DNA of 62,285 nucleotides, taken from Candidatus Iainarchaeum sp. (GTDB lineage: Archaea > B1Sed10-29 > WALL01). The stretch covers positions 1-62,285 of the forward strand of contig JAGMCR010000008.1 of NCBI GenBank assembly GCA_023129115.1. The letters are read 5' to 3'. Positions 35,636 through 44,468 of this stretch are shown piece by piece (position 1 is the first letter of the stretch; every line of letters begins with the position of its first letter). The notes under the pieces are model-generated. The model worked only from the letters and a program-made list of their open reading frames with translations, had not been told where the DNA came from and ran no database searches. A program made the translations under genes and the position numbers.

Positions 35636-36733
35636 TCAGGACTGCTTCCTCGCCTTCAAAATCCTCTGCTTGGCCATGTCCAGCGCGGCCTCGCGGGGAG
35701 TAATGTTTTCTTTCTTGGCTTCCTTCAGGACCTTCAGCGTGTTCTTGCTCACGATGTCCTTCACCAGCTTGAACATCTTTTTCTCGCTTCCGCCCCTGTG
35801 CTCCACGTACGAGCTGATTACGCCGCCCGCGTTCGCCACGAAGTCCGGCACAATCGTCACGCCCCTCTTCCACAAGAGCCTCTCAACGCTCGCCGTCATT
35901 GGAATGTTCGACCCCTCGACAATAAGCTTCGCCTTAATCCGCTTCACGTCACGCACGCTGATGAAGTCCGGCACCGCAGCGGTAACCAGTATGTCCACCT
36001 TCAGCCCAGGCATCGCGTCGTTCGGCATGATTTTCCCGGGCAAGTACTTCGTGACTGTCCGCTTTTCTTTCTTCACCGCAGCCAGTTCCTCGAAGTGAAT
36101 CCCGCCAGGGTTGTAAATCATTCCCCGCGAGTCAGAGACAGCAACCAGCTTCGCGCCCGCCTCGCACAAGAACTTCGCGACGAACCAGCCCACGTTGCCG
36201 AACCCCTCAATCGCGACAGTCGCGCCCTTCAGCGGAAGGCCAATAAACTTTGCTGCGACACGCACCGCGTGGAACGTCCCCCAGCCAGTGCTCCCCAGCT
36301 CGTGCGGCAGGCCGCCAAGCTCCTTTGGCTTTCCGGTCACCGACTTCTTGCCGTTTACTTTGGCGATTATTCTCATCTCGGGCTCGGCCATGCTCATGTC
36401 CGGCGCACAGATGTACCTCGACGGCGACAATTCCTGAATCGACTTCGCGAACGCCTTCACGATTTCGGCCTTGCGCTTCGGCGACATGGCCCGCGGGTTC
36501 GCAACAATCCCGCTCTTCGCCCCGCCGAACGGCAGCCCAGCGAGCGAGCACTTCCACGTCATCGCCCGCGCCAGGCGCTTCACCTCGTGGATGCCCACGG
36601 TCGGCGTCATGCGAATCCCGCCCTTCCCGGGGCCTAGCGCAGTGTTGTCAATCACGAGCACGCCGCGCATTCCAACGGACGGGTCGTACACCTCAACAAT
36701 TTTTTCAGGGCCAAAGTCGTCAACGTCTTCCAT
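35636..36733 (-). CDS. gdhA: Glu/Leu/Phe/Val dehydrogenase (glutamate dehydrogenase-like)
   Basis: GPGKGGIR, MTWK, GGAKSG, APD, GFGNVG, PDFVANAGGV. Confidence 0.93.
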   Translation of the reverse strand: MEDVDDFGPEKIVEVYDPSVGMRGVLVIDNTALGPGKGGIRMTPTVGIHEVKRLARAMTWKCSLAGLPFGGAKSGIVANPRAMSPKRKAEIVKAFAKSIQELSPSRYICAPDMSMAEPEMRIIAKVNGKKSVTGKPKELGGLPHELGSTGWGTFHAVRVAAKFIGLPLKGATVAIEGFGNVGWFVAKFLCEAGAKLVAVSDSRGMIYNPGGIHFEELAAVKKEKRTVTKYLPGKIMPNDAMPGLKVDILVTAAVPDFISVRDVKRIKAKLIVEGSNIPMTASVERLLWKRGVTIVPDFVANAGGVISSYVEHRGGSEKKMFKLVKDIVSKNTLKVLKEAKKENITPREAALDMAKQRILKARKQS

Positions 36734-36734
36734 T

Positions 36735-37634
36735 TCATTTCGCCTCTAGTGACTTGATGTAATTGTAAGCAGAATAGGCGGCGATGCTGCCGTACCCGGC
36801 GGCCACAATCGCCTGCTTCCACACGGGCGTCACGTCGCCCGCCGCGAACAATCCCGGCACGTTCGTCTCGCAGTCCTCGTTGATTACTACCTCGAGCTTT
36901 TCGTTCAGCTTCGCGCCCAATTTTTCGGCGAGGTCGCTCGCCGGGATGCCCCCAATTTCGATGAACAATCCCTCGAGCTTCATGTTCTTGCCCGTGTCGA
37001 GGTCAACGCTCTCCAGCATTTTTTCGCCGTTGATTTTCACGACGTTCGCGTTGTTGATTATCTCTATCTTGGGGTTGGCGTATACCAGCTTCTTGGTCGC
37101 CGGCTCTGCACGGATTTCCGGCTTGCGGTAAATGATGTACACTTTCTTGGCGTATTCCGCGAGGAGCAGGGCCTCCTTCGCCGCCGAGTCGCTTCCCCCC
37201 ACAACACCCACGACCGCGCCCTTGAACAATGCGCCGTCGCACGTGGCGCAGTAGCTCACGCCCTTGCCCATCAGTTCCTCCTCGCCCGGGACCTTGAGCT
37301 TGCGGCGCTCGCTGCCCGTCACGAGCACGATTGCCTTCGCCTCGTACTCTTCTTTGGCGGTCTTGACCTTGAACGCCCCGTTCTTGGTTATGCCGATGGC
37401 TTCCTCTGCCTTGATTTCGACTTTGAATGACTTGGCGTGGTCCTCGATTTTTTTCATCAAGTCGTAGCCAGTCATTCCGGGGAAGCCGGGGTAGTTGTCC
37501 ACCATCGGCGCAGTGGCGAGCTCTCCGCCCATTGCCTTGGCAATGAGCAGTGCCTTCATCTCGTAGCGCGTGGCGTATATGGCTGCCGCGAGGCCGCCTG
37601 GCCCACCGCCAATGATTATGATGTCGTACACCAT
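36735..37634 (-). CDS. trxB: Thioredoxin reductase
   Basis: GGGPGG, GVSYCATCDG, GLFAAGD. Confidence 0.95.
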   Translation of the reverse strand: MVYDIIIIGGGPGGLAAAIYATRYEMKALLIAKAMGGELATAPMVDNYPGFPGMTGYDLMKKIEDHAKSFKVEIKAEEAIGITKNGAFKVKTAKEEYEAKAIVLVTGSERRKLKVPGEEELMGKGVSYCATCDGALFKGAVVGVVGGSDSAAKEALLLAEYAKKVYIIYRKPEIRAEPATKKLVYANPKIEIINNANVVKINGEKMLESVDLDTGKNMKLEGLFIEIGGIPASDLAEKLGAKLNEKLEVVINEDCETNVPGLFAAGDVTPVWKQAIVAAGYGSIAAYSAYNYIKSLEAK

Positions 37635-37677
37635 TGACTCACTATTATTCACTAGTCCTTTAAATGGGTTACAGAAT

Positions 37678-38061
37678 TCAGGCCTTGACGAGAATGCCGT
37701 TGACGACCCCTTCCTGGCTCGGCCTTGAAGTAATCCTGGCGTCGCCGAGCTCGGTCTTGACAATCGCGCCCTTGGTGAGGATGTTCATCCTCTCGTAGTG
37801 GCGGTTGGCCTTGTTCTCGACTACGGTGAGTATCTTGGTCTTCTGTATTTTCTTGGTCTTGGGGTCGAGGACGTTGATTTCCTCGGCGTGGCGGAGGCCG
37901 AGCTTTACGTTGCCGCCGCGTGCCTTGTCCGAAACGCGCTTCGTTGTGCCGACAGTGACTTTCTGGGTTTTCCGCCCTAGCTCTGCCTTTATCTTGTCGC
38001 GCTTTTTCCTGTGCTTTGCGCCGGTCTTGGTCCTTTTGCTCCTGCCCTGTGACTCACTCAT
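37678..38061 (-). CDS. rps8e: 30S ribosomal protein S8e
   Basis: ELGR, RGGNVK, NILTKGAIV.TELG.ARITSRP.Q.GVVN. Confidence 0.97.
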   Translation of the reverse strand: MSESQGRSKRTKTGAKHRKKRDKIKAELGRKTQKVTVGTTKRVSDKARGGNVKLGLRHAEEINVLDPKTKKIQKTKILTVVENKANRHYERMNILTKGAIVKTELGDARITSRPSQEGVVNGILVKA

Positions 38062-38089
38062 TTAAACCACTTCTTCCATAATTCCTTCA

Positions 38090-38557
38090 ATGAAGTCCGG
38101 TTCGGTCGAGGGCACGGAATACGCCTTCGGCGCTGTTGTTCTTCCAGAAGGATGGCTCTTCCCCACCAGCCGGCTTACAGTCCAATTGGTTGCCCCGGCT
38201 TTTGTGTATGGGGAAAAACACTTGCTAGCTTCTATATACTCCCATTTAAAAGGCTTGCGGCTCGCGAAGGGCCCCAAAATCAACCTTTTGCTGCGGATAA
38301 CGGGGCTTAAGCAGATAAAGGATGCCTTGGCTGCAAAGCCTGGCGGCCGGGGCGCTGACCATGACGTTGGTCACGCTGGACCAACGTCCAGTTGCGCCAA
38401 CGTCAAGTCAAACGCGGTGATGGTTGTTGTTGGGAAAGGAGCGGTTAAGGAATACAAGAAATTACTCGCGTCTTTGAACGCCACTGACTCAGGAAACGTA
38501 AAAACACACGCGGGCGAGCTGGACGCGATTGAGCGCTCTGCATTGGTTGGGGTTTAG
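38090..38557 (+). CDS. cgi121: KEOPS subunit Cgi121-like protein (with internal hairpin)
   Basis: VYGEKHL, LLLRITGLKQIKDAL, AIERSAL. Confidence 0.72.
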   Translation: MKSGSVEGTEYAFGAVVLPEGWLFPTSRLTVQLVAPAFVYGEKHLLASIYSHLKGLRLAKGPKINLLLRITGLKQIKDALAAKPGGRGADHDVGHAGPTSSCANVKSNAVMVVVGKGAVKEYKKLLASLNATDSGNVKTHAGELDAIERSALVGV

Positions 38558-38610
38558 TCTCTGTTTAGTATCTTAATTGCTGGTTTACTTGCTGCACCAG
38601 CCAGTGCTCG

Positions 38611-38925
38611 TCATTTTCCTTGGCCGTACTTCTTTGTGAACAGCTGCAGCAGGCTCCACATGCCAAGCATGAGGCACGCGGAAATCGTGAGAGGGAGGAG
38701 TAACTCGTCGACTGTTGAAATCAGCCCCCCGCCGGGCAGCAGGCCCAACAGAATTGAGAGCGTTGTCACGCGCCTCACTGTCTGCACAAGGAGGGCTACT
38801 ATAATCAACCCCCACGATACCATCCCGCCCGTGAACTTCAATATCCTCCACGCGAAGAACGCTGCAAGGAGCTGGAAAGCCACCTGCAGGAGCGCAACCG
38901 CTACCAAAGTCATATCTGCCATCAT
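38611..38925 (-). CDS. Small 3-TM membrane protein (paralogue A)
   Basis: Q..AAF.AW..W..II.ALL....RR...LPL.IS; start overlaps the upstream stop (ATGA). Confidence 0.75.
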   Translation of the reverse strand: MMADMTLVAVALLQVAFQLLAAFFAWRILKFTGGMVSWGLIIVALLVQTVRRVTTLSILLGLLPGGGLISTVDELLLPLTISACLMLGMWSLLQLFTKKYGQGK

Positions 38926-39230
38926 TTGCCTCCGTACTTCTTTGTGAACATCCCGAGGAGGTCCCACATGCCAAGCAGCATCAGCACCGAGATAATCAGC
39001 GGCAAAGCAAGCTTGTCCACGATGCTGATTGCCTCAATCTCGGGCATCAGCCCGAACATTAGCAGCAGCGCCGTCACCCGCCTCAAAGTCATGAGCAGCA
39101 GCGCAATTATGATGAAGCCCCACGCCCGAATCCCGTCAGTATACCTCGTTATCTTCCACGCCAGGAACGCGGCGCCCAGCTGCACCACTATCTGTGCCAC
39201 GGCAAGCGGAGCAAGACCGGTATCAACCAT
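38922..39230 (-). CDS. Small 3-TM membrane protein (paralogue B)
   Basis: Clearly alignable to 38611-38925, including FTKKYG. Confidence 0.78.
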   Translation of the reverse strand: MVDTGLAPLAVAQIVVQLGAAFLAWKITRYTDGIRAWGFIIIALLLMTLRRVTALLLMFGLMPEIEAISIVDKLALPLIISVLMLLGMWDLLGMFTKKYGGK

Positions 39231-39234
39231 GGAA

Positions 39235-39552
39235 TCACTTACCCCTCACTTTGTAGAGCGTGTAAACAATCAAGAGCCCGCCAACCGTTAGGATGAGCTT
39301 TGCATAAATCCACTGGGGCTGGACAAGCGGGAACAGCGAGCTCATTATCGCGACCTTGTTCGGGTCAGTCAACGTGTTCACGCCAAAGTAAAACTCCTGA
39401 AGCGTCAGGATTGCCGTCAACGCCGCGAGCGTCGTCACGACCACGCGCGTGTCGCCGGTCGCTGTCTTGCGCTTTCTCCAGAAGTACCACGCCAAATAAG
39501 CAAAAATCAGTACATCGAGGACGTAAATTGATTCAACAAACCACCAGTACAT
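39235..39552 (-). CDS. Small 3-TM membrane protein
   Basis: Three hydrophobic helices; operonic with kaiC. Confidence 0.75.
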   Translation of the reverse strand: MYWWFVESIYVLDVLIFAYLAWYFWRKRKTATGDTRVVVTTLAALTAILTLQEFYFGVNTLTDPNKVAIMSSLFPLVQPQWIYAKLILTVGGLLIVYTLYKVRGK

Positions 39553-39562
39553 TATTCATCGC

Positions 39563-41026
39563 CTACAACTTGAATGCCTCAACAAACTTTTCTTCCGCTG
39601 TCTTCGTCGTTCTCCCCGACATTATTCCCTCGAGTCCCATGAATTTGTCCTTCAGGACCATGCCCTTGTCAGTTATCTCAAACTCGCGTATTTTCGTGTC
39701 CTGCTTGCTGCCGCGGATTTTCAGCACGACCAGGGAGCGCTTGATTTCACTCGCCATTTCCACGTACTTAAGCAGTATGATGGCGTCCGAGAGTGTGGAC
39801 AGGTGGCCTTCTGAAATGCTGTCTGTCTTGAGCAAATCAGCCGCAGTGAATGTCACAAAGAGTGTGGTGCCACGGCGCTTGCACTCGTTGTTCAGCGCTC
39901 TCAACATACGCCTGGTTTCCTTATCCCCGAATACGTTGGCTATTGCCGAGAGCGAGTCTATGACGAGGCGTTCGGCTTTTGTCTCATCAATCAGTTGGAC
40001 TATTGCCTCGATGTGTTCCTGCACATCTGCTTCCTCCGGGGTTTTGCTGCGAATCTTTAGCTTGTTTTCTTTCCCATATTTTTTTAGGTCCCACCCAAAT
40101 GCAGATGCTTGCCGGTATATCTCATCTACTGGTTCTTCAAAAGACACGAACACCACGGGCTCGTTTTTGTCCAGTCCCCCCCGGGCGAAGTGCAGGGAAA
40201 AAACCGTTTTTCCTGTGCCCGAACTCCCCGAGACAAACACGCAAGACGCTTTGAACAATCCCCCCCCAACCACTGCGTCTAATCCCGCCACTCCCGTGCT
40301 AATCCTCTTGTCAAATGACTTGTAATCCAAGTGGGGGGTAATCGGGGGGATAATATCGATGCCCTTGGCATTTATCCTGAAGTAGATTGGCTCGCGCGGG
40401 ATGGCCCGCCCACGCATCTTTTTCAACTGGAGGAAGCGGTTTTTTCTGCCATTTTCCTGGACCTGTTCCAGGGTAATCACAGCATCGGCAATGAACTTCT
40501 GGTCAGAGAACGGCATGTATGTCCCTTCTCCGGGGGAAGACTCATCTGTAACCAGTGTTGTGCACCCCACAATTGCGAGTTGTGTACTGAGTTCGAATAA
40601 GAATGAGTAAGTATCCATCTCCAAGACCTTGCTTACCCCCCTTATCGAGTCTATTACAAGCCTCTGCACATTGTTGTCACGCACCAGCGTCGTGATATTG
40701 TCAATCAGTTTCCAGTCAGCGTTCTTAACGCCTGTTGAGCGGGCCTCTTTGGCCAGTTCGTTGAAGTCGAAGAATTCAATAAGCTTCTTTTTTATAATCG
40801 ATTTTTCATAAAAATCAAAGCCCGAGAAGTAATCCACGTTTTTGAACGTAGGGGCGCTTGTAGTGATGAGCAAGCCTTTTTCACCTTTCTTGGCCCCGTG
40901 CGCAAGAAACTGCGTACAAAAAATGGTCTTGCCCGTTCCTGGTGAGCCCTCAACTAAGACCACGTACCCCTCTGGAATCCCCCCCACTATCTCATCCAAT
41001 CTCGTGCCGGTTTCGCAAAGTTTCAT
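39563..41026 (-). CDS. kaiC: Double-domain KaiC-family ATPase
   Basis: GSPGTGKT and GSSGTGKT Walker A, SFEE, IDSLS, HLSTLSDAIILLKYVE (ST phosphosites), KMRG/KIRG. Confidence 0.92.
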   Translation of the reverse strand: MKLCETGTRLDEIVGGIPEGYVVLVEGSPGTGKTIFCTQFLAHGAKKGEKGLLITTSAPTFKNVDYFSGFDFYEKSIIKKKLIEFFDFNELAKEARSTGVKNADWKLIDNITTLVRDNNVQRLVIDSIRGVSKVLEMDTYSFLFELSTQLAIVGCTTLVTDESSPGEGTYMPFSDQKFIADAVITLEQVQENGRKNRFLQLKKMRGRAIPREPIYFRINAKGIDIIPPITPHLDYKSFDKRISTGVAGLDAVVGGGLFKASCVFVSGSSGTGKTVFSLHFARGGLDKNEPVVFVSFEEPVDEIYRQASAFGWDLKKYGKENKLKIRSKTPEEADVQEHIEAIVQLIDETKAERLVIDSLSAIANVFGDKETRRMLRALNNECKRRGTTLFVTFTAADLLKTDSISEGHLSTLSDAIILLKYVEMASEIKRSLVVLKIRGSKQDTKIREFEITDKGMVLKDKFMGLEGIMSGRTTKTAEEKFVEAFKL

Positions 41027-41103
41027 TTGAATACCCCCGCCTCCAAAGCTCTCTGGGCAATAAGCACATTCAAGGCCAGTACGGCAAGCCAGATTATATC
41101 CAT
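41023..41103 (-). CDS. 26-aa hydrophobic peptide coupled to kaiC
   Basis: MDIIWLAVLALNVLIAQRALEAGVFK; GTGA SD; ATGA overlap with the kaiC start; fills the intergenic gap. Confidence 0.6.
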   Translation of the reverse strand: MDIIWLAVLALNVLIAQRALEAGVFK

Positions 41104-41107
41104 TGTA

Positions 41108-41779
41108 TCACTTTAGAAATTCCTCGACTTTTATCTCGAACGCTTGTTTTGTTATAACAAACGGAATCCACACCAATGGATGTTCCGTCCCAATCATGCG
41201 TGTAATCCGCATCAGGCGTTTCTCTCCATCTACACGCATTTCAATAGTCCCATCTGTTATGTAGTTCAGGGCATTCTCTATTGCAGGTGCATGAATGCCC
41301 GACTCCAGGCAAACAACCATCAAAAGCTTCTTTTCTTTTACGACGCCCACAAGCAACTGCAAAAGTTTGTAAACCGAAGTTGGCTCATTTTTCATTAGCA
41401 AATCACTTACGCTGTCGATAATCACGAGTTTGTTATGCTCTATCTTTTTCTCGAGCCTGATTTTGAAGTCATTCAAATCGCTCAAAGAGTGAACCGCGTC
41501 CGAGCTGGGCTTGCCCTTTCTCCAAGAATAACCATTGAGCACCGCGACATCCGTAATGCCCTTTTTTTCTAACATCTCATGCAGTTGCTTGGGCTCCATA
41601 TTCGTAAGCACAATCAGGGAGCCAAGGCCCTTCTTAAAGAGTTGGTTCACCAGTTCCCGGCAATAGGTGGACTTGCCCGAGCCCGGGGGCCCGGAGACAA
41701 GTATGGAGGAACCAAGCACGAACCCGCCGCCCACCAGCCCATCCATGCCCGGGATGCCTGTTTTGATGCGTTCGTCCAT
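41108..41779 (-). CDS. Single-domain KaiC/RAD55-family ATPase
   Basis: IKTGIPGMD, GPPGSGKS, IIDSVS, DGTIEM. Confidence 0.9.
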   Translation of the reverse strand: MDERIKTGIPGMDGLVGGGFVLGSSILVSGPPGSGKSTYCRELVNQLFKKGLGSLIVLTNMEPKQLHEMLEKKGITDVAVLNGYSWRKGKPSSDAVHSLSDLNDFKIRLEKKIEHNKLVIIDSVSDLLMKNEPTSVYKLLQLLVGVVKEKKLLMVVCLESGIHAPAIENALNYITDGTIEMRVDGEKRLMRITRMIGTEHPLVWIPFVITKQAFEIKVEEFLK

Positions 41780-41914
41780 ATGCCTTATAACCCCCTTGTT
41801 TCTTTTAAAACTACCGCCAATTTATAAACAAATATGCATAAATGTTTATATATTCGGTATAAAGCGTTATGTGGATAGGCTATTTATTTAAACAAGCGGG
41901 GTCATGTATTAACC

Positions 41915-43033
41915 ATCTTATCGAGAAATATAACAATTGAGGACACGACGCTGAGGGATGGGGAGCAGATGCCAGGGGTCTATTTCAGCCCAGAGCAGAA
42001 AATCCACTTGGCCCAGGAAATATCTGATTTCGGCGTTGACATTATCGATATTATGCCAGCCGTATCCAAGTCCGAAGCAGAGGTCACGAAAAAAATCTCG
42101 AACATGGGGCTGACCGCTGATATAGGCGCTACCGCAAGACTCAAAAAAGAGGACATCGAGCTGGCTGCTGACTGCGGTGCTCAGAGGGTAACCTTGTTCA
42201 CCCCCCTTTCTGACATTCACTTAAAGTATAAGCTCAAAATTGACAGACAAACAAACCTCCAGCGGGCACTTGAGTATATCGACTTTGCAAGAGAGCATGG
42301 CCTTACTGTAGATTTTGTTGGCGAAGACGCCACCAGGGCAGACTTGGATTATGTTGTAGAATTCATCAATTCTTTGAGGGGGAAAATAGGTTACTTCATT
42401 GCCTGTGACACATTGGGTTGTTTAACTCCCTTTCAAACATATGATTTTTTCAGGGAGCTTTCTAGTCGTTGCAACGCCAAAATTGGAAGCCATTGCCACA
42501 ACGATTTTGGCATGGCCACGGCCAACACTCTTGCCGGGATAAAGGCGGGGGTAGGTCTATTCTCTGGAACTTTTTGTGGTTTGGGTGAAAGGGCTGGGAA
42601 TGCCCCCATAGAAGAAGTGTGTGTTGCCCTAGACACATTTGAGGATGCGAATCTCAAAGTCAAATTCAACGACCTCACCAAGCTTTGCAAGCTTGTCGAG
42701 AGATATTCCAATCTAAAGATACACCCACATAAGCCATGGGTTGGGGAAAATGCATTTGCACATGAGGCTGGGGTGCATGTACACGGGGTAATAGCGAATC
42801 CAAAAACCTATGAGAATCTTGAGCCCGAACTTGTCGGCCAGAAAAGAAGGTTTGTGTTTGGTAAGCATTCTGGGAAGGGGGCGCTCAGGTATGCGCTGCA
42901 GCCACATGACATAAAACCAGATGAGGGCCAGCTTGCTGTTCTGCTCGATAGAATCAAAGAACTGTCAATTGAAAGAAAAAGGGCATTGACTGAAGAAGAA
43001 GTTTTGTCTCTCGCACGGGGCGAGCTTGGATGA
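41915..43033 (+). CDS. Homocitrate/isopropylmalate synthase family (DRE-TIM) enzyme without regulatory domain
   Basis: IEDTTLRDGEQ lies upstream of ATG 41969; HCHNDFG, GLGERAGNA, AFAHEAGVH, GKHSG; true start uncertain. Confidence 0.88.
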   Translation: MLSRNITIEDTTLRDGEQMPGVYFSPEQKIHLAQEISDFGVDIIDIMPAVSKSEAEVTKKISNMGLTADIGATARLKKEDIELAADCGAQRVTLFTPLSDIHLKYKLKIDRQTNLQRALEYIDFAREHGLTVDFVGEDATRADLDYVVEFINSLRGKIGYFIACDTLGCLTPFQTYDFFRELSSRCNAKIGSHCHNDFGMATANTLAGIKAGVGLFSGTFCGLGERAGNAPIEEVCVALDTFEDANLKVKFNDLTKLCKLVERYSNLKIHPHKPWVGENAFAHEAGVHVHGVIANPKTYENLEPELVGQKRRFVFGKHSGKGALRYALQPHDIKPDEGQLAVLLDRIKELSIERKRALTEEEVLSLARGELG

Positions 43034-43806
43034 CCAAAGACCTTTTGGAATTCATCCGATTCAAAATTTGCGTGTTCCTGGTATTTTTTGCCGGGACCGG
43101 ATTCCTTTTGTTTAATCCACTTGGGCCAAAGCTTTCTTTTGTTGTACTGGCCGCATTTTTTGGCACTGCAGCCGCATATTCGTATAATAATACACAAGAC
43201 GTGAAAGAGGACAGCATAAACCGGGGCCATATCAATAGACACTGCACTGAAGGCAGTGGCAAATGGCTCCCCGCACTGTTGTTTGGTGTGGGGCTTGTCC
43301 CCACTTTTTTTCTGGCGTTCGAATCAACTATTTTTTATATCTTAAGCGTACTTTCGGGTGTAGTGTACTCATTCCTTAAGCTGAAGAAATACACCACCCT
43401 CAAAAATGTTTATTCTGCAGTTGGGATAACCTTCATTTTCCTGATGGGGGCTTCGGGAAATGCTTTTCCAGTGCAAAGTATACAATACGCCTTACTCTTC
43501 TGTGGTGTAATACTCATTGGCAGCATAATATCGGACTTAAGGGACGTTTTGGGGGATGAAAAAGCAGGATTTAATACTCTCCCTGTTCGATGTGGCGTCG
43601 AGCAAACAAAGGGAGTTATTTATTCGCTAGTGCTATTATTGCTTGTACTGCTTTTCGTTCTCCACTCAACTGTCAAGATTTTGTATATCTTCTTGCCGCT
43701 TAGCGCAGCGCTTGTTGCAAAAGAGAGGTATCACAAAGCGCACACAATGACAGGATATTCTTTTGTGGCTATATTCCTAATTGCGTTGCTGGGGGGGCCA
43801 GTATGA
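43030..43806 (+). CDS. UbiA-family prenyltransferase
   Basis: NNTQDVKEDSIN and DLRDVLGDEKAGFNTLP Asp-rich motifs; multi-TM. Confidence 0.88.
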   Translation: MTKDLLEFIRFKICVFLVFFAGTGFLLFNPLGPKLSFVVLAAFFGTAAAYSYNNTQDVKEDSINRGHINRHCTEGSGKWLPALLFGVGLVPTFFLAFESTIFYILSVLSGVVYSFLKLKKYTTLKNVYSAVGITFIFLMGASGNAFPVQSIQYALLFCGVILIGSIISDLRDVLGDEKAGFNTLPVRCGVEQTKGVIYSLVLLLLVLLFVLHSTVKILYIFLPLSAALVAKERYHKAHTMTGYSFVAIFLIALLGGPV

Positions 43807-44468
43807 AGCCGAGACATATACTGGTAATACCAGATGGGAATCGTAGGTTTGCCAAAAAGAATAAGCTTTGTCTCGAAGAAGCTTACACAGTAGCAGCGGA
43901 AAAGATAAGCGATGTAATCAATTGGTTTGCTGAAGAAGACGGGGTAAAAGAATTAACTGTGTACGGGCTATCATACGATAATATCCAAAAAAGGGGGGAA
44001 GAGGAGTTAGACCCAATCCTGAAAGCGTGGGCAAACGAATTTATAAAATGGTGTGGCTACAAGCCCATTTCCGAAAACGATGTGAATGTCAAGATAAAGA
44101 CGAGCAATTTTGAATTCCCGGCCTACTTCTGTTCGGCAAAAGAATCGGTTGAGAATAAGACCAAGAAAAACAGTAAAAAACAGGTGAACATCTTGATTGG
44201 GTATAGCGGAACACGCGATATCCAAAAAGCAATAAACAATGTTGGGGAAGGAGAAAATCCTGATATAATGAGTTACATGCAAGTTGATAATGCTATTGAC
44301 GCAATGATAAGAACCGGAAGTGCCTACAGGCTATCGGATTGCCCATTACACCAACTGTGTTACGCAGAACTATTTTTCTTGGACAAGCTTTTCCCAGAAT
44401 TAGGGCAAGATGATTTCAAGAAAATCATGGAAGAATACGGAAAGCGTGCTAAGAGATTTGGAAGATAA
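43803..44468 (+). CDS. cis-prenyltransferase (UppS family)
   Basis: IPDGNRRFA, YGLSYDN..R, IRTG..RLS, YAELFF. Confidence 0.92.
   Translation: MKPRHILVIPDGNRRFAKKNKLCLEEAYTVAAEKISDVINWFAEEDGVKELTVYGLSYDNIQKRGEEELDPILKAWANEFIKWCGYKPISENDVNVKIKTSNFEFPAYFCSAKESVENKTKKNSKKQVNILIGYSGTRDIQKAINNVGEGENPDIMSYMQVDNAIDAMIRTGSAYRLSDCPLHQLCYAELFFLDKLFPELGQDDFKKIMEEYGKRAKRFGR

Noticed and set aside
39563-41026. Circadian clock
   Set aside because: No kaiA or kaiB in the window, and the CI catalytic glutamates appear lost.
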